Of a DNA stretch of 64,000 bases, positions 24,741-37,382 are shown in pieces. The notes beneath the pieces were generated by a model that saw only the letters and a list, made by a program, of their open reading frames with translations, had not been told where the DNA came from and made no database searches. Position 1 is the stretch's first letter, and every line of letters begins with the position of its first letter. The translations under genes and the position numbers were made by a program. Source of the DNA: Octopus sinensis (lineage: Eukaryota); contig NW_021832128.1 of NCBI RefSeq assembly GCF_006345805.1, positions 136,001-200,000 of the forward strand, read 5' to 3'.

Positions 24741-25151
24741 AAGATATATTATCAAAGAAAAAGCCATAGCACCATCTTTAGTATCTGTTATTATTATTAT
24801 TATGGAGTTGAATGTGTGTGTGTGGTGAAGTTATTAATATCAATACATTAACCAACACCATTGAAGTGAATTAATAGTTTCTATACTTTTGGTTTGGCAC
24901 TGCTGAATTGAGTCAAAGACTATATAATACAAGTCAGCAGAAAAAAAAAAAAAAAGAAAATGCGATATCCATAACAATAACGAAATAAGACCTCCAAACA
25001 GTAACCCTTGTGTTTAAAATCTCCCTAACAAAAAGAAGAGAGGTTGTTTGGCTATGGACTACATCAAAAAGTTTGCTTAAATCAAGTAAACTTATGAACC
25101 AAAGGTAGCCTAGCCATGAACATCTCAATGGTTTTCTTTCTTTTTGTCAGA

Positions 25152-25420
25152 CATGGCTGTGTGGTTAAGATGGTTTCAAGTTCAGTTTCACTGCATGGCA
25201 ATTTGGACAAGTGCCTTCTACTCTACCAGGCTGACCAGTGCCCAGTGAAAGAATTTGGTAGCTAGAAACTGTGCAAGTCTGTTGTATGTGTGTGTGTCTT
25301 TGTACCCCACCCTCACTACTTGACAACTGGCATTGGTTTGTTTACATTCCTGTAACTAAGCAGTTCAGCAAAAAAGTTCAACAGAATAAGTACCAGAGTT
25401 TAAAAAAATAAGCATTGGGG
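25152..25420 (+). mobile_element. Diverged tRNA-derived SINE (octopus-type), 3' end truncated by a DNA-element terminus
   Basis: A-box-like TGGCTGTGTGGTTAAG, B-box-like ggtttcaagttcagtttc, central ggacaagtgccttctac. It resembles the abundant octopus SINE as I recall it. Confidence 0.65.
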
Positions 25421-25586
25421 TTTGACACATTCTACCAGTATACGAAGTTTCAAATTTTTTAGTTAACTAGAAAATTCCGTCCATCAAACAGAAAAGATCC
25501 TATATCTTTCTTGCTTATTTAAATTCAGTTCAATGCACACTTGCCTTGAACCAACCATTTCTCTTTGTGTTTATGTTCTTGATAAT

Positions 25587-26030
25587 TGTTTAGAACAAGT
25601 TGTTTTACACCTATTACACTTTTTATTTGTGGCCGGGTCAAACCCGGAACATTCACGATGTGAATTTTCCGAGTCCTCTCCCCACCCCCCTTTCGTAAGC
25701 GCGCATTTTTTTGTCATATTCGTTTAGAGCAAGTTGTGTTACACCTATTACACTATTTTTTTTTGTTTTTGTGCCCTCGTCAGACGCTTTCGGAAATGCG
25801 CTTTATCGAGCGCGCATTTTTTTCTCTTTTTATGTCATATTCGTTTAGAACAAGTTGTTTTACACATATTACACAATTTTTTTTGTTTTTGTGCCCGGGT
25901 CAGACCCTCAGGCGCTTTCGGAAATTCACGATGTGAATTTTCCGAGGCCTCTCTCCCACCCACCCCTTTCAAGAGCGCGCATTTTTTTGCCATATTCGTT
26001 TAGAGGAAGTTGTTTTACACCTATTTCACT
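25587..26030. repeat. Diverged minisatellite, 4 units of ~120-155 bp
   Basis: gtttagaRcaagttgttttacacctatt recurs at ~25587, 25721, 25842 and 25998. Confidence 0.8.
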
Positions 26031-27884
26031 ATCTTTTTTGTTTGTTTTTATGACAGGGTCAACGTTTTAGTTTGACTGAAATAATTCCCCCTTTGAACTT
26101 TTTTAATTGCGTATATATATATATGTGTGTGTGTGTGTGTGCGCGCGCACTCGTGCGCAGAAATCTACGGATGCCCAAACGCACAAAACGAAAAAAATCA
26201 AATATGGACGACTTGTTCCGAAACACCCCCGAATGGGGAACAGTTCTCAAAAATAACCCCCAATTGTTTTTTCCCCAAAATTCCTGTACCCGGAATCTCC
26301 ATAATCCGAAGTATATTTGTTGAGGATTTCATTAAAAAATATCCAATTTAAGTGGACACCTGTGAATTTTCCGAAATTTCCCACCCCATCCCCTCCTAAA
26401 GCATTTGTATATTTGGAATCTACATGATATAACACATATTCGTAGAAAATTTCATTAAAAAGTATCCATTTTTCTGAAAGTTATGATCATCCAAAGTCGG
26501 GGGTTGGGGTCAGAAATCTGTAGTTAAGCCCCTTGACAAATGGAGTGCGTTAACCCCTACTGATTTTACTGCTGCTCCTGAATTCCTATAAGAAATACGG
26601 TTAATATATCGGGTAAGACCTGGTCACGGAAAAAAAAAAAAGTATCTTTTAAGTGTTAAAAAAAAAAAAAACCAATATGAAAGCAAAAATTTGCACAAAC
26701 GAACAGGGGTGGGAGGAGAGGACTTTCGGAAAATTCACAAGATCCGATTTTTCCCTCATAACTTTCAGGAAAATGGATATATATTAATGAATAGAAATAC
26801 CGTTCAAATGGCACAGATTACGATTATACCTCGGACTGGGTTTTACCCTATATATTAACCAAAAATACTAAGGCATTTATGGAAAAAATTGATAAATATA
26901 AAATTTAATTACAGGATTAGATATCATTTCAGCATACCTCCACATGTGCCCCCGCCACCCGACTTCTTCGTAACTTTCAGAGAAATAGATATCTTTCGAT
27001 GAAGTTTTCTACAAATATGCTTCAAATGGTATAGATTCCTATTATATCAGAATTTGTGTTGAAAAAACAATTTTTCCAAGGGCGGGATGAGGAAATTAAG
27101 AAAATTTACATGAGTCGTCTTTGTTTCTTCATAACTTTCAGCAAATTGGATATTTTTTCATGAAATTTTCTATAAATATCTTTCAGAGTGTGTAAATTAT
27201 GATTACATCGTTATTTAACCTGAAAAAGAAAATTAGTGTGCACACACACATACATACTGACACAAGTCACAATTGTTTTACGGAATTTCGAGTTTCATTT
27301 TGTAGATATCTATGATGTGTGTATGTATTTTTTCTGAAAGTTATGAGGAAAAAAAGCCGATGCATGTGAATTTTTCGAAACTCACGAAATTTTTTTTTTT
27401 TTTTTTTTTATCACAGCAAATTCTGATATAATCGGAATCTACACTGTCTGAAGCGTATTTGTCGAACATTTCACAAAAAAAATATCCATTTTTCTGTAAG
27501 TTATGAAGAGACAAAGCCAGTGGGACACACATGTGGAGGTATCCTTAAAAATAGAAACTTACTGTTTATTTTAGCCGACTTTGTTTATGTTATTTAACTC
27601 CATATCTGTTCTGATTGAGCAGACCTATGACCAAGGGAATTCCAATCTTTTTAGGAGTACATTATTTATTGCCATCCTTTAAAGCAGAAATATTTGAACA
27701 TAAAAGAACCCTCATTACTGGTTTATAGGGGTTATTTGTTTCTTATAGGTATGCAGGTAATGTGAGAGTTAAAAAAAGAGAGTTTTAAACTGCTTAAACT
27801 TGTCCAACTTGGTAGCAAAGTTTTGGTATGGCTAGCCCTTGAAATCCCATGCCTCATGAGAGTAGAAAAGAGTGGAATAATTTG

Positions 27885-30800
27885 TGAAATGAAGGAAATA
27901 AAACAAAGTTAACAATCAAAATAAGTATTCTTTATTCCAACATAAGACCTTGGGGAAAGGTTCTTCTTGAAATAAATATTAACAGGATTATTATTGCAAA
28001 GAAAAGTTAATTAGAAACTGTTGATACTATTATGCCTGGCACATCCTACTACATTATATATGCCTGCAAAGGTTTCCTTATAGAATAGTCTAGAGGACAC
28101 TCAAAAGAATCATATAATTCTCCCCAACCAAAATATTTTCTCTGAGTGAACATACTTGAACAGTGAATATTTACACGTCATGCCAAACTGGGGGTCGCCT
28201 CGCATGCTGGGACCGACATAATGGTAACTGGATAGGCTCAAGAGAGTTGAAGAAGTTTGGATCTGGTGAGTTCATTAGGGTTTGGTCAGAAGAGTTGTTT
28301 GGGGAAGACCCAACAGGAACTAAATTTGATTCACATTTGTCGACTGTTGGATTATTACTGGTCATTTGATTTTTCAATACGCTATTGGGAACTTTGTGGT
28401 CTCTCACTGCATGGTTCTAGATCACGCAGTGATACATTACTTTCACGACCATCTGGATATTGGATACAGGATACTGGGGGTTTGATTCAATCAAATGAAC
28501 CTTGTCATCCTTATTTTGACTGGCGAATATAACATTTCAATAAGACAGGACCTGGATTACTCAACCATGTTGGAATTGATGTCCCATTTAGAGATCTTCT
28601 TGCAAAATTGAACTTTCATTCATGAGAAGTAATATTTGTTGCTGTACAAAGTAGGGAGCAGATCGAGTGAAGTGCATCTGGCAAAACAACCTCCCAAAAT
28701 TTCACATCAAGTTTTCTGGAGCAACAGGCAAATTTAATTACTTTCCAAATGATATCATTGTATCGTTCATACCGTCCATTCCCTCTTGGGTTATATGGGC
28801 ATGTTTTACTAGTGGCAACATTTTTACTGTGAAGCCATCCTTTCAATTCCTCCAACATAAAGCAGCAGCCTCTATCCAAATGCACATATCTAGGCATACT
28901 GAATACTAAGAATATTGAGCAAAGACTCTTGATGACTGTTGGAGTTCTAGTGTCTCCACTTGGAATAGCAAAAAGAAATCTAGAATATTCAACTTCTGTT
29001 AAAATATATTTGTTATGAGTAGCAGATGGAAGTGGATCTTTAAAATCTAAGTTCATTCTCTCAAATGGTTGAGTTGCTTTCTCTAGACTCATGTTAGAAG
29101 GCTTTAAAAAATGAGGTTTACTTTCAGCACAGGTTTTACAAGAGGAAATCATTACTTTGATTTCATCAAGCGATACTAGAATGTTTTTGGTTTTCACATA
29201 GTGATACATTCATGTTACATCCAGTGGCAATGGGAATTATGTAATTCAGCAAGTTGATTAGAACTGACAGCAGAGGAAAACAGTCGAGTCAAGGAATCAG
29301 CTGGTTTGTTCTCATTACCTGGGCAATACTGAATGTCAAAGTTATATCCTGAAAGTTCCAACCATCATCTTTGAATTTTGTCATTTTTTATTTTGCCGAT
29401 ATGTTTACCATCAAACATAAAGCTTATTGATTTTTGATCTATAATAAGAGTGAATCATTTCCAGCTTAAGTAGTGTTTCCAGTGGCGTATAGATTCTATA
29501 ATTGAGGCAGCTTCTATCTCAACTAAAGGATGTTTTAACTCGGACTTCTACAAGATGCATGAGATAAAAGCAACATGCCTTCCTCCTTGGTTTAATGTTG
29601 CAGCTATTGCAAAATTAGAGGTATCTGTCTCCGCAACAAAGGGTAAAGTTTCATCTACAGCCACAATTACTGAGCCCTCAATGTCTTTCTTTAGTTGAAG
29701 AAAACATTCAAGTGCAGCTCCAGAGATAGAAAATGTATTGCTGCTTAGAAGTTTAATTTTGCCTGAAAAATTAGGTATCCATTTGGAATAGTATGCAAAT
29801 AAACTGACTACTCTTTTTTGAAGTTTAAAATTGTGAGGAGCAGGCAAATCTCTCAAAGGTTCAAGGTGTTCTGGATCTGGTTTGATCTCTTTTTGAGATA
29901 CCTCACAACCCAAAAGCTGAATTTTCTAAATGGAGAATACACACTTGTTCTTGTTAGATTTAAGTTTATTTTGCTTAACCCTTTAGCACTTAAACTGGCC
30001 ATATCCGGCCAAAAGTATTCTGCCTATTTTATGTTCAAACTGACTGGATCTGGTCTCTCACACCAACCCTACAATATTGTTCTAGAAATTAACAGCTACC
30101 TCATCAAAATCTCATAGCTACAAGATAATGCATGATTAGATCAAAACAATGATGATGAAAAAGCATTAATTTTGGCAGAATAATGCGAACACTAAAGGGT
30201 TAACAGCTTCCATGAATGCAGCAAGGTTAACGTTATGATCACTCTGGTCAGTGCCACAGACAGTGATGTTGCCTAAATATGCAAATGTGGCTATTAGATT
30301 GTTTGCAGATATAAATTTATCTATAGATCATTGAAAACAAGCAACACCATTAGTTATTCCTCGTGGTATTCTCGTAAATTGCCACAGTTTGCTGTTAGCT
30401 TCAAAAGTGGTGAACTTTTTATCTTCATCACGAAGAAGAACTTGGTAGTATGCATGTTTGAAATCAATGGTTCTGTATACACTATAATTCACAATGTTAT
30501 TGATCTGATCAGAAATCCAAGGTAGTGGGTATGCATCCATTAAGTTGAGTGAAATGTTTTACTGTCTGGAAATAATCCACAACCATCTTTGTTTTTTTTT
30601 TTGGTGTTCTTTGGCAGCAACAACTTGGCTCGATAATGCCTTCAGCCAAGAGACATTGGACTTCCAACTTGATAAAATCTCGATTTGGCTTACTGTAATA
30701 ATGAGATTTAACAGCAATTGGTTTACAATCTGCTGATAAATTATTGAATAATTCAGGTGGAGTAACCAATAATGTTGACAATCCACATAACTCAACATTG

Positions 30801-32121
30801 AGGCTTTTATGTTGAGAAAGTATATCCTGACCAATAATGATGTCCATGCAGAGTGACTGAGTACAGTCCTGAAGACATAAAGTGACCATGACACATCCAA
30901 TGACAATTTCTTTCAGTGAAGGCTCTGTCATGGCTACTGTAGATGAAGCTGAAGTTACTTTCAACTGTAACTAGTTAGCAAGTCATTTAGAAATGAAGTT
31001 ATTTGAGCTTCCAGTATCAACTAATGTGTCAGCAACCACAGAATTAATTTTTACATGGATTATTGTTTTCCGAAAGCTGTTGGGAGAGGCAGCTAGAGTG
31101 GGATCTACCTTCTGAAGAACATATTAAAAATGCAGACAGAGTTGCAGATGTATTTGAACTTTTAGCAGAAGAGGACCTACATACCTTAGAGAAATGTCCT
31201 AATTTCCCACAATTATTACAAATCGCTTCTCAAGCGGGGCAATGTGTCCAATCATGTCTATTGACACCACAGAAAAAACAATTTCCTTTCATTTTAGTGA
31301 ATCCTGCATTTAGTTGTAATTCATTATTAACTGCTCTTAAAGCTGATGAATTGTATGCATCTGAGGTTTTCTGAGCTACCTCTAGAGTCTGACTGGGTGA
31401 CTGCTGCGTCAAGTGTTATGGTTGTATTTTGTAATAGACTCTGTTGAATGGGATGAGATATAAGTCCATTGATAAAAGCATCTCTAATCATTTCTTGTTG
31501 ATAAATTACTCCAGTTACATCCTTGAAGGTACGATCTTTGGCAAACAACCGCAAAGCACTGAGATATTCATCAAAGCTTTCTCCTAGCTGTTGATGTCTA
31601 GTAGCCAAGCAGTGTCAAGCATATATCTCATTCCTTGGCGCAATATGTAATTTCTCAAGGTTTGCGATTGCCATGTCATAATTAGTGCAATCAGAAATGA
31701 ATTTGAATACTGTTGGTGACACAAAATTAATAAGGATATCAAATTTGTTCACAGCATCATGATTTGCACTTACCAAAGTAAGGAAGCTTGTGAAAGTTCT
31801 CTTCCAGTGTACCCATGCCTTGTTAGACCCTTTAGTGCTTGGTATGGCGTCGAGTGTTTAGGACGTAAAAGTTTATCCATAATATTTAGATTGAAATGAA
31901 GGAAATAAAACAAAGTTAATAATCAAAATAAGTATTCTTTATTCCAACATAAGACCTTGGGGAAAGAGGTTCTTCCTGAAATAAATATTAACAGGATTAC
32001 TACGGAAAAGAAAAGTTAGAAAATATTGATACTATTATGTCCAGCACATCCTACTACATTATATATGCCTGCAGAGGTTTCCTTATAAAATAGTCTAGAG
32101 AACATTCAGAAGAATCATACA
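27885..32121 (-). mobile_element. Complete but decayed Gypsy LTR retrotransposon (gag-CCHC, PR, RT, RH, IN)
   Basis: LTRs at 27885-28116 and 31892-32121 (TG...CA/TA), with PPT-like GGTTGGGGAGAAT before the 3' LTR. CFFCGVNRH..CPA, CNNCGKLGHFSKVC, DTG, DAYPLP, ETDTSNFAIAA, QPFERMNLDF. Many stops; TSD is degenerate. Confidence 0.92.
29979..30199. mobile_element. piggyBac-type MITE (221 bp) inserted in the Gypsy RT
   Basis: TTAA|CCCTTTAG...CTAAAGGG|TTAA. Removing it restores the RT frame LAAFMEAVKQNKLKSNKNKCVFS. Confidence 0.9.
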
Positions 32122-32318
32122 GTTGGATTTTTGCAGTTTTTTTTTTCTTTCTTGTGATTTTATTTGTATAAAACACAGGAATACAGAAAATAAAGAAAAA
32201 AAATACCTTTTAATATTGACTGACAAAATTTGTAGAGCACTATGCCAATTCAAAAAAATTGTTTCAGCTCTATGCTCAGAATTCAGAGTCCTTTAATTGG
32301 TTATGTATGCCAAATTTA

Positions 32319-33509
32319 TTGGGTTTGTAAAAAAGTCCATTGCTTTTTTTTTAAGTAAAAACATTAACTATAATTAGATAGTTGTATATTACTCAACCAC
32401 ATTTTCCCCATTTTGTTCCATTATCTTTTGCCATCTTTGAGGCAGCTTCATGATCCCATCCTCCCAGAAATTGGCATCTTTCTGGTTCATGAACTGGTCT
32501 AAGTAGTTTTTACACTTTTTTAAAGAATCAAAGTTCTTCCCATTAAGAGAATTATGCAGGGATCAGATAAATAATAATCCAAAGGTGCAAAGTCAGGTGA
32601 ATATGGTGGGTGGGGTAGGACATCCCACCAAAGCTGCACCAACTTCTGCCTGCTCTGCAAAGAAACATGCAGTCTGGTGTTGTCCTGATATAAGACAGCA
32701 CCCTTTTGGTTAGCTAATTCTGGACATTTTTCATCAATTGCCCTCTTTAATCAGTCTAATTGGGAACAATGATAGTCTGAATTTAATGTCCTTCCAGTCC
32801 CACCAGATACAGAGCATCACCTTCTTCAGATACAGACCAGCTTTTGGAGAGATTGAAGGCAGTTCATTTCATTTTCTCCCAGGACCTTTTTCATTTATGT
32901 TGTTGTAAATAATCCATTTCTCATCACACATGATCATTCTTTACAAAAATCAATTTTTTTTTTCATCTGAGCAGAGAATCGCAGATGGAAATATGGAAAT
33001 GATTTCTATTAAGTTTTTTCCATTAAGTTATGAGGCACCCAAATATCATAACAGTTCATGTAACCAAGTGTTTGTAACTGCATTATAATGCTCACATGAG
33101 ATACATGGAGAATCTCTGTGATGTCTCATAATATATGACATGAATTGTTTTTTATTAAAGTCTGTAGGCCTGCTGGAACATTCACAATCTTCCAGGTCAA
33201 AATTTTCAGTTATAAACCTAGCAAACCACTTTCGAACAGTACTTTCATCTATGACACCATCTCCATAAACAGCACATATCGTCTTTGTTGTTTGTGGAGT
33301 GCTTTTTCCTTTGTGAAATGATGAAAATGTATTTCATTTTCCTTCATTTTCAGTTTTATCATAAGAACTGTAGAAGTAAATAATCTCCACAAAATTCAAA
33401 TAGAAAAATGTGTGAAGATCTCTTTCAGAAAATATATATATGTGATATGTTCCTGTCGCGTGATTAAATTTCAACTGAAAGATGCTACAAACTTTTTTTG
33501 CCAACCTAA
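32319..33509 (-). mobile_element. Full-length decayed mariner transposon (~1.19 kb)
   Basis: TA|TTGGGTTTGTAAAAAAG...TTTTTTGCCAACCTAA|TA; HQDNTRLH, DVLPHPPYSPDFAPLDYYL, MKLPQRWQKI. Confidence 0.9.
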
Positions 33510-34349
33510 TAAATCATGATAAATACCATAATATCTAATCTTGATTAACTGACTTTTCCAGCCTGTTTGAGTTTTATGCTACATATCCCCTTTGGAAAGG
33601 TAGAAATATAATTATCATCTCATAACCTTACTTTTATATATATGTTTGTTATTTTCATTACATTTTATAATGTGAACAATTAGCAGTAAAGTGGAATAAA
33701 AATAGAATTTGCAATATTTATTTATGTCTCTTCGTGTATAAAGTTCAGATATGTAAGCTTAGTTTTAAGAGGGGAGTGTAGCTAATTAAGGAGATCCCAG
33801 TACATACTGTATTTGAACTTAGAACACAAAGAGTTGCATATGAATTCAGCAACTCCATTTTTATGTTACATTTACTACATAATGAACTTGTTGATAACAA
33901 TAAGTTTTATGAACCACAACAAATGTCTGGACATAAGTTGGCTCAAAGAGAAACAAAAGACATAAGAGAAGCATGCTTAAACAACACATATAGGAGCAAG
34001 CAAAAAGGACTAAAACAGCACTTGCTAAAAATGAAAGGGGCTTGGCCTCTTGTAACTGTTTGAGGTGAGGCAACAGAAGCTTCATGTACCACATATTTGC
34101 CCACAGGCTCATTGATTTCTGGTTCCTTGTTATTGTACCCAATATGAGCAAGTTGTGAGTTCATAGGTCACAAGAAATGGCATGCTGAGAAGTTAGTATG
34201 TACTTACAAGTACTAATGCACTCCCCCCACACACACACACAAAAGAAAAACTCTCAGGGCACTGAGTGCAGAAACAAAATCAACAAGACTTTGCAGGGGC
34301 CATAAAGAATAAGGACACACAGGAAATAGATTTTCTAAAATGCCCTGAA

Positions 34350-34870
34350 GGCATTAGAAGTAGTGGATAATTTCAGTAACCTTGGTGACCTAATTAGCAG
34401 TAATGTTTTGAAAGTATGATTGCTAAAATAAGAATAGGACAGAGAGAATTCAAGGAGCTATTACTTCTATTGGCTACAAAAGGTCTCTCCCTGAATGAAA
34501 GGCAGAGTGTATGATGCTTGTATTTGAATAGCAATGCTACATGATAGTGAGATGTAGGCTGTGAATGCAGAGAATATGCAAAGACTAGAGAGTAATGAAG
34601 TTAGCACGATCCATTGACTGAGCATGTACAACAAAGTGCTAAGAGGAATCAGATGTAGTGTGCAAGAAAGATGACTGCACTGGTTTAGTCATATGATGCC
34701 TATGGATAAGGACAGTTGCATGAAGAGGTGCCAGCTACTTTTGAAAGAGGAGACCCAGGAAGACATGGAACAAAGTAGTGGAGGTTGTGCCGTACAGAAG
34801 AGATGACAAATGAATGAGACAGTTGGCAATTTGCTGTACTCAAGAAAAACATAACACAGCAAATACAATG
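34350..34870 (+). mobile_element. Old RTE LINE 3' ORF fragment
   Basis: Degenerate match to the LEVVDSFRYLGD...LLATKGLSL...YDACV...WFGH region of 14571-15714. Confidence 0.6.
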
Positions 34871-35819
34871 TGCTAAAAGCATTCTGATTATGTTTGTGAC
34901 CTATTCTGCCCCATTAAGCATTCCTTACGTACCCATTGCCCTGACAAACAGCCCTCCATCACCTCGCTATCTATGGCACCATCTAATGGTTGTAATGATT
35001 TGAGAGTGTTGGCACATACTACTCCTCTCACTTTCTTTACACAACCAGTTATCTCCTTCCCCATTATCCTCCTTTCTCCACCCATGCTATTTCACTGATT
35101 ACCCTTCTCTGCTTTCAATTGTCTCTCCTCTGCCACATTCCATTTTATTTCATTCTAGGCACTCTTGCATACATACCATCATTTCACACTCACTATAACC
35201 ACCCTTATGTACCCTTACATCTCCCTCCTTTCCACTCCAACATCATCCTGTTGCTCATTTCCACTCTTACACCTTGCACATCATCACCCCCATCTATCCT
35301 TTATGAGCCATTCTATCTCTCAATTTATCTCCTTTCCATATAGATATTTCCCATCAAGCATACCTCCTCTACTCCCATTTCTAATCATCTGTTACTTTCC
35401 CCTTAATGACAACCTATGTTTTGTGTTCATACAAAGGCAAACTTCAGAAACAAGCATTATATCAAAAGAGAGCTGCAGGCTACTTAAGACGAAATAAGAC
35501 AAAAAACTAAAGTTGAGTAAAAATACAACATACCAACAAAGGATACATCAGTATCACCAGATGCTGATGTCTCCTGATAATTTCTTTCAGCTCCATCTGA
35601 AATGATTATTGTCTAGAAGTCTGCTTTTATTCTGTGATTGGGAATATGTCCCACTTTGTCCATATGCATATTTTTCTATATTTTATTTTGTCTCTCCCCC
35701 TACTCCCTGGCAATACCCTGCCAGCACCTGCCACTATTCATCTCTCTCTTCCTTACTCTACCATCCTGTCTGCACCCTGATCCCTTACTTACTGCCATCC
35801 CTCCTGCTCTTGCTATCTC

Positions 35820-35857
<38 letters not shown>

Positions 35858-36214
35858 TCTTCCCTCTGGTTGAATAATCATGTATCACCTCTACAGCAAC
35901 AAACCTGTTTCTACCCTCATTCTTGATCATTCTCTCTCCCTCCTTTTGCTCTTACCTCTGGGTTGGTAACTATGTGTCTCCTTTACAGTAGCACACCTCT
36001 TTCTTGTTAACTCCCCCCTCTCTCTCTCTAGGTAACCATGCCACTCCTCTTCAGTAGTATACCTGTTTCTGCCCTCATTCTTATTAACTCTTGCTCTCTT
36101 TCTCTGGCTGGGTAACCATGTATTCCTCTACAGCAAGACATCTGTTTCTGTCACACTAACTTTTCATCATCTGACACAAGATCACCTCCTCCAATTCCCC
36201 CTCCCCTCTCAAAG

Positions 36215-36492
36215 ATTCCTTGTCTTGCAAAGTTACTTGGTGACCCTGCCAGTGCAGATGTCACTTAAAAAGCACTCAATTCACACTGTAAAAACCATGC
36301 CAAAATTGACTTTGCCTGTGCAAGTGCCACATAAAATGCACTCAGCTCACTCTGTGGAGTGGTTGGTGTTAGGAAGGGCTTCAAGTTGCAAAAACCATAC
36401 CAAAAACAGACACAGAAGCATGGCACAGGCTCTTGCCTGGCCTGCTCCTGTCAAACCATCCAACCCATGTTAGCATGGAAGGATGATGATGA
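36215..36492 (+). mobile_element. Short element ending in the RTE-type 3'UTR and (GAT)n tail (RTE-tailed SINE or truncated LINE)
   Basis: gagtggttggtgttaggaagggc...ccaacccatgttagcatggaaggatgatgatgatg. The head motif ttccttgtcttgcaagttacttggtgacc is also at ~41085. Confidence 0.65.
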
Positions 36493-37200
36493 TGTTCCAG
36501 TAGTTCTGAGAAGAGAGACTGAATCACTAATTACAGCTGAAAGATTGATCAAAATTAGATAGACAGCAAATGCAGATTATGCCAAAAGGAGATGAAAGTA
36601 TACATGGTTGTACATGAATGCTGTTTTTTTTTGCATGCACCACACATATGACTAATATTCTTTATGGTTATTGTAGTACTTCCCATGCATGCATGGAAGA
36701 TGAACATTAAATGATAATGATTATTTTATATATTTTATCATACTCTCTGCTCATTTCCCCACCTCCCATCATGAACAACTGCACATTTTTGCCTATCTCT
36801 TTTCTTCAAATTTTTGTCTTTATAATTCTAACCATTCCTTGCAGCCTCTTAATTCATTATGTTTATGACTACACCTTCTTTATCTCAGCTCTTTCTCCTC
36901 CTCTTCCCACTTTGCATGTCTATTTGTCCATTTCTTTTGCCTTTGTGTTGTTTTCTCACTTATTTTCCATCCCACTCATTTCAACCTGGATCTTGTTACA
37001 AACTTTGCTGCCTCTTCTATCTCATTTCCCTCATTGTATACCTTGCAGACTACTCATATTACTTCTCAGTGGTTTTTCTACTTCTCTCCTATTAGAGCAA
37101 CAATGACTGAAATATCAACTAATGTAAAAATATTTTATTGACTTAATTTAAATTCCTCTTGGTGAATCTTATTAATGATAATTACTTATTGATGTTTTAG

Positions 37201-37382
37201 AATTGCTCAATGTTGAGGAGTTACCTACAAGTGAAGAAGACAATGGGTACAAGTGGAATATAAACAACAAGTACTACACTGCACAAGTACAACTGTATGC
37301 CTTGCCAGATGCCACCTCTCCAGTTTGTAGGCAATACCCTGATTCAGTACAAGCTGTTATTCTCTATTTTGATGCCAATGAG
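37201..37382 (+). CDS. AAGAB: AAGAB coding exon 2
   Basis: ttttAG acceptor and GAG|GTTTGC donor; 182 nt, phase 1 to phase 0. YKWNINNKYYTAQVQL...DSVQAVILYFD matches the remembered human YPWTIDNKYYSADINL...ESVQAFVVYFD. Confidence 0.88.

Larger units (their letters stand above)
24040..26560. repeat. Pair of diverged ~450-bp inverted repeats (24040-24490 / 26155-26560) within a repeat field carrying the motif aaaatatccatttttctgaaagttatga
   Basis: For example ggggtgtttcggaacaa (24420) vs ttgttccgaaacacccc (26213). The motif recurs in both orientations between ~23370 and ~27510. Confidence 0.7.

Noticed and set aside
25587-26030. Repeat-spacer-like pattern suggestive of CRISPR
   Set aside because: Eukaryotic context, spacers related to one another, irregular unit length and no cas genes; it is a minisatellite.
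35545-35610. ctgatgt/cctgataa...gaaatga, a possible decayed hammerhead
   Set aside because: The core and stems are too degenerate to support a call.
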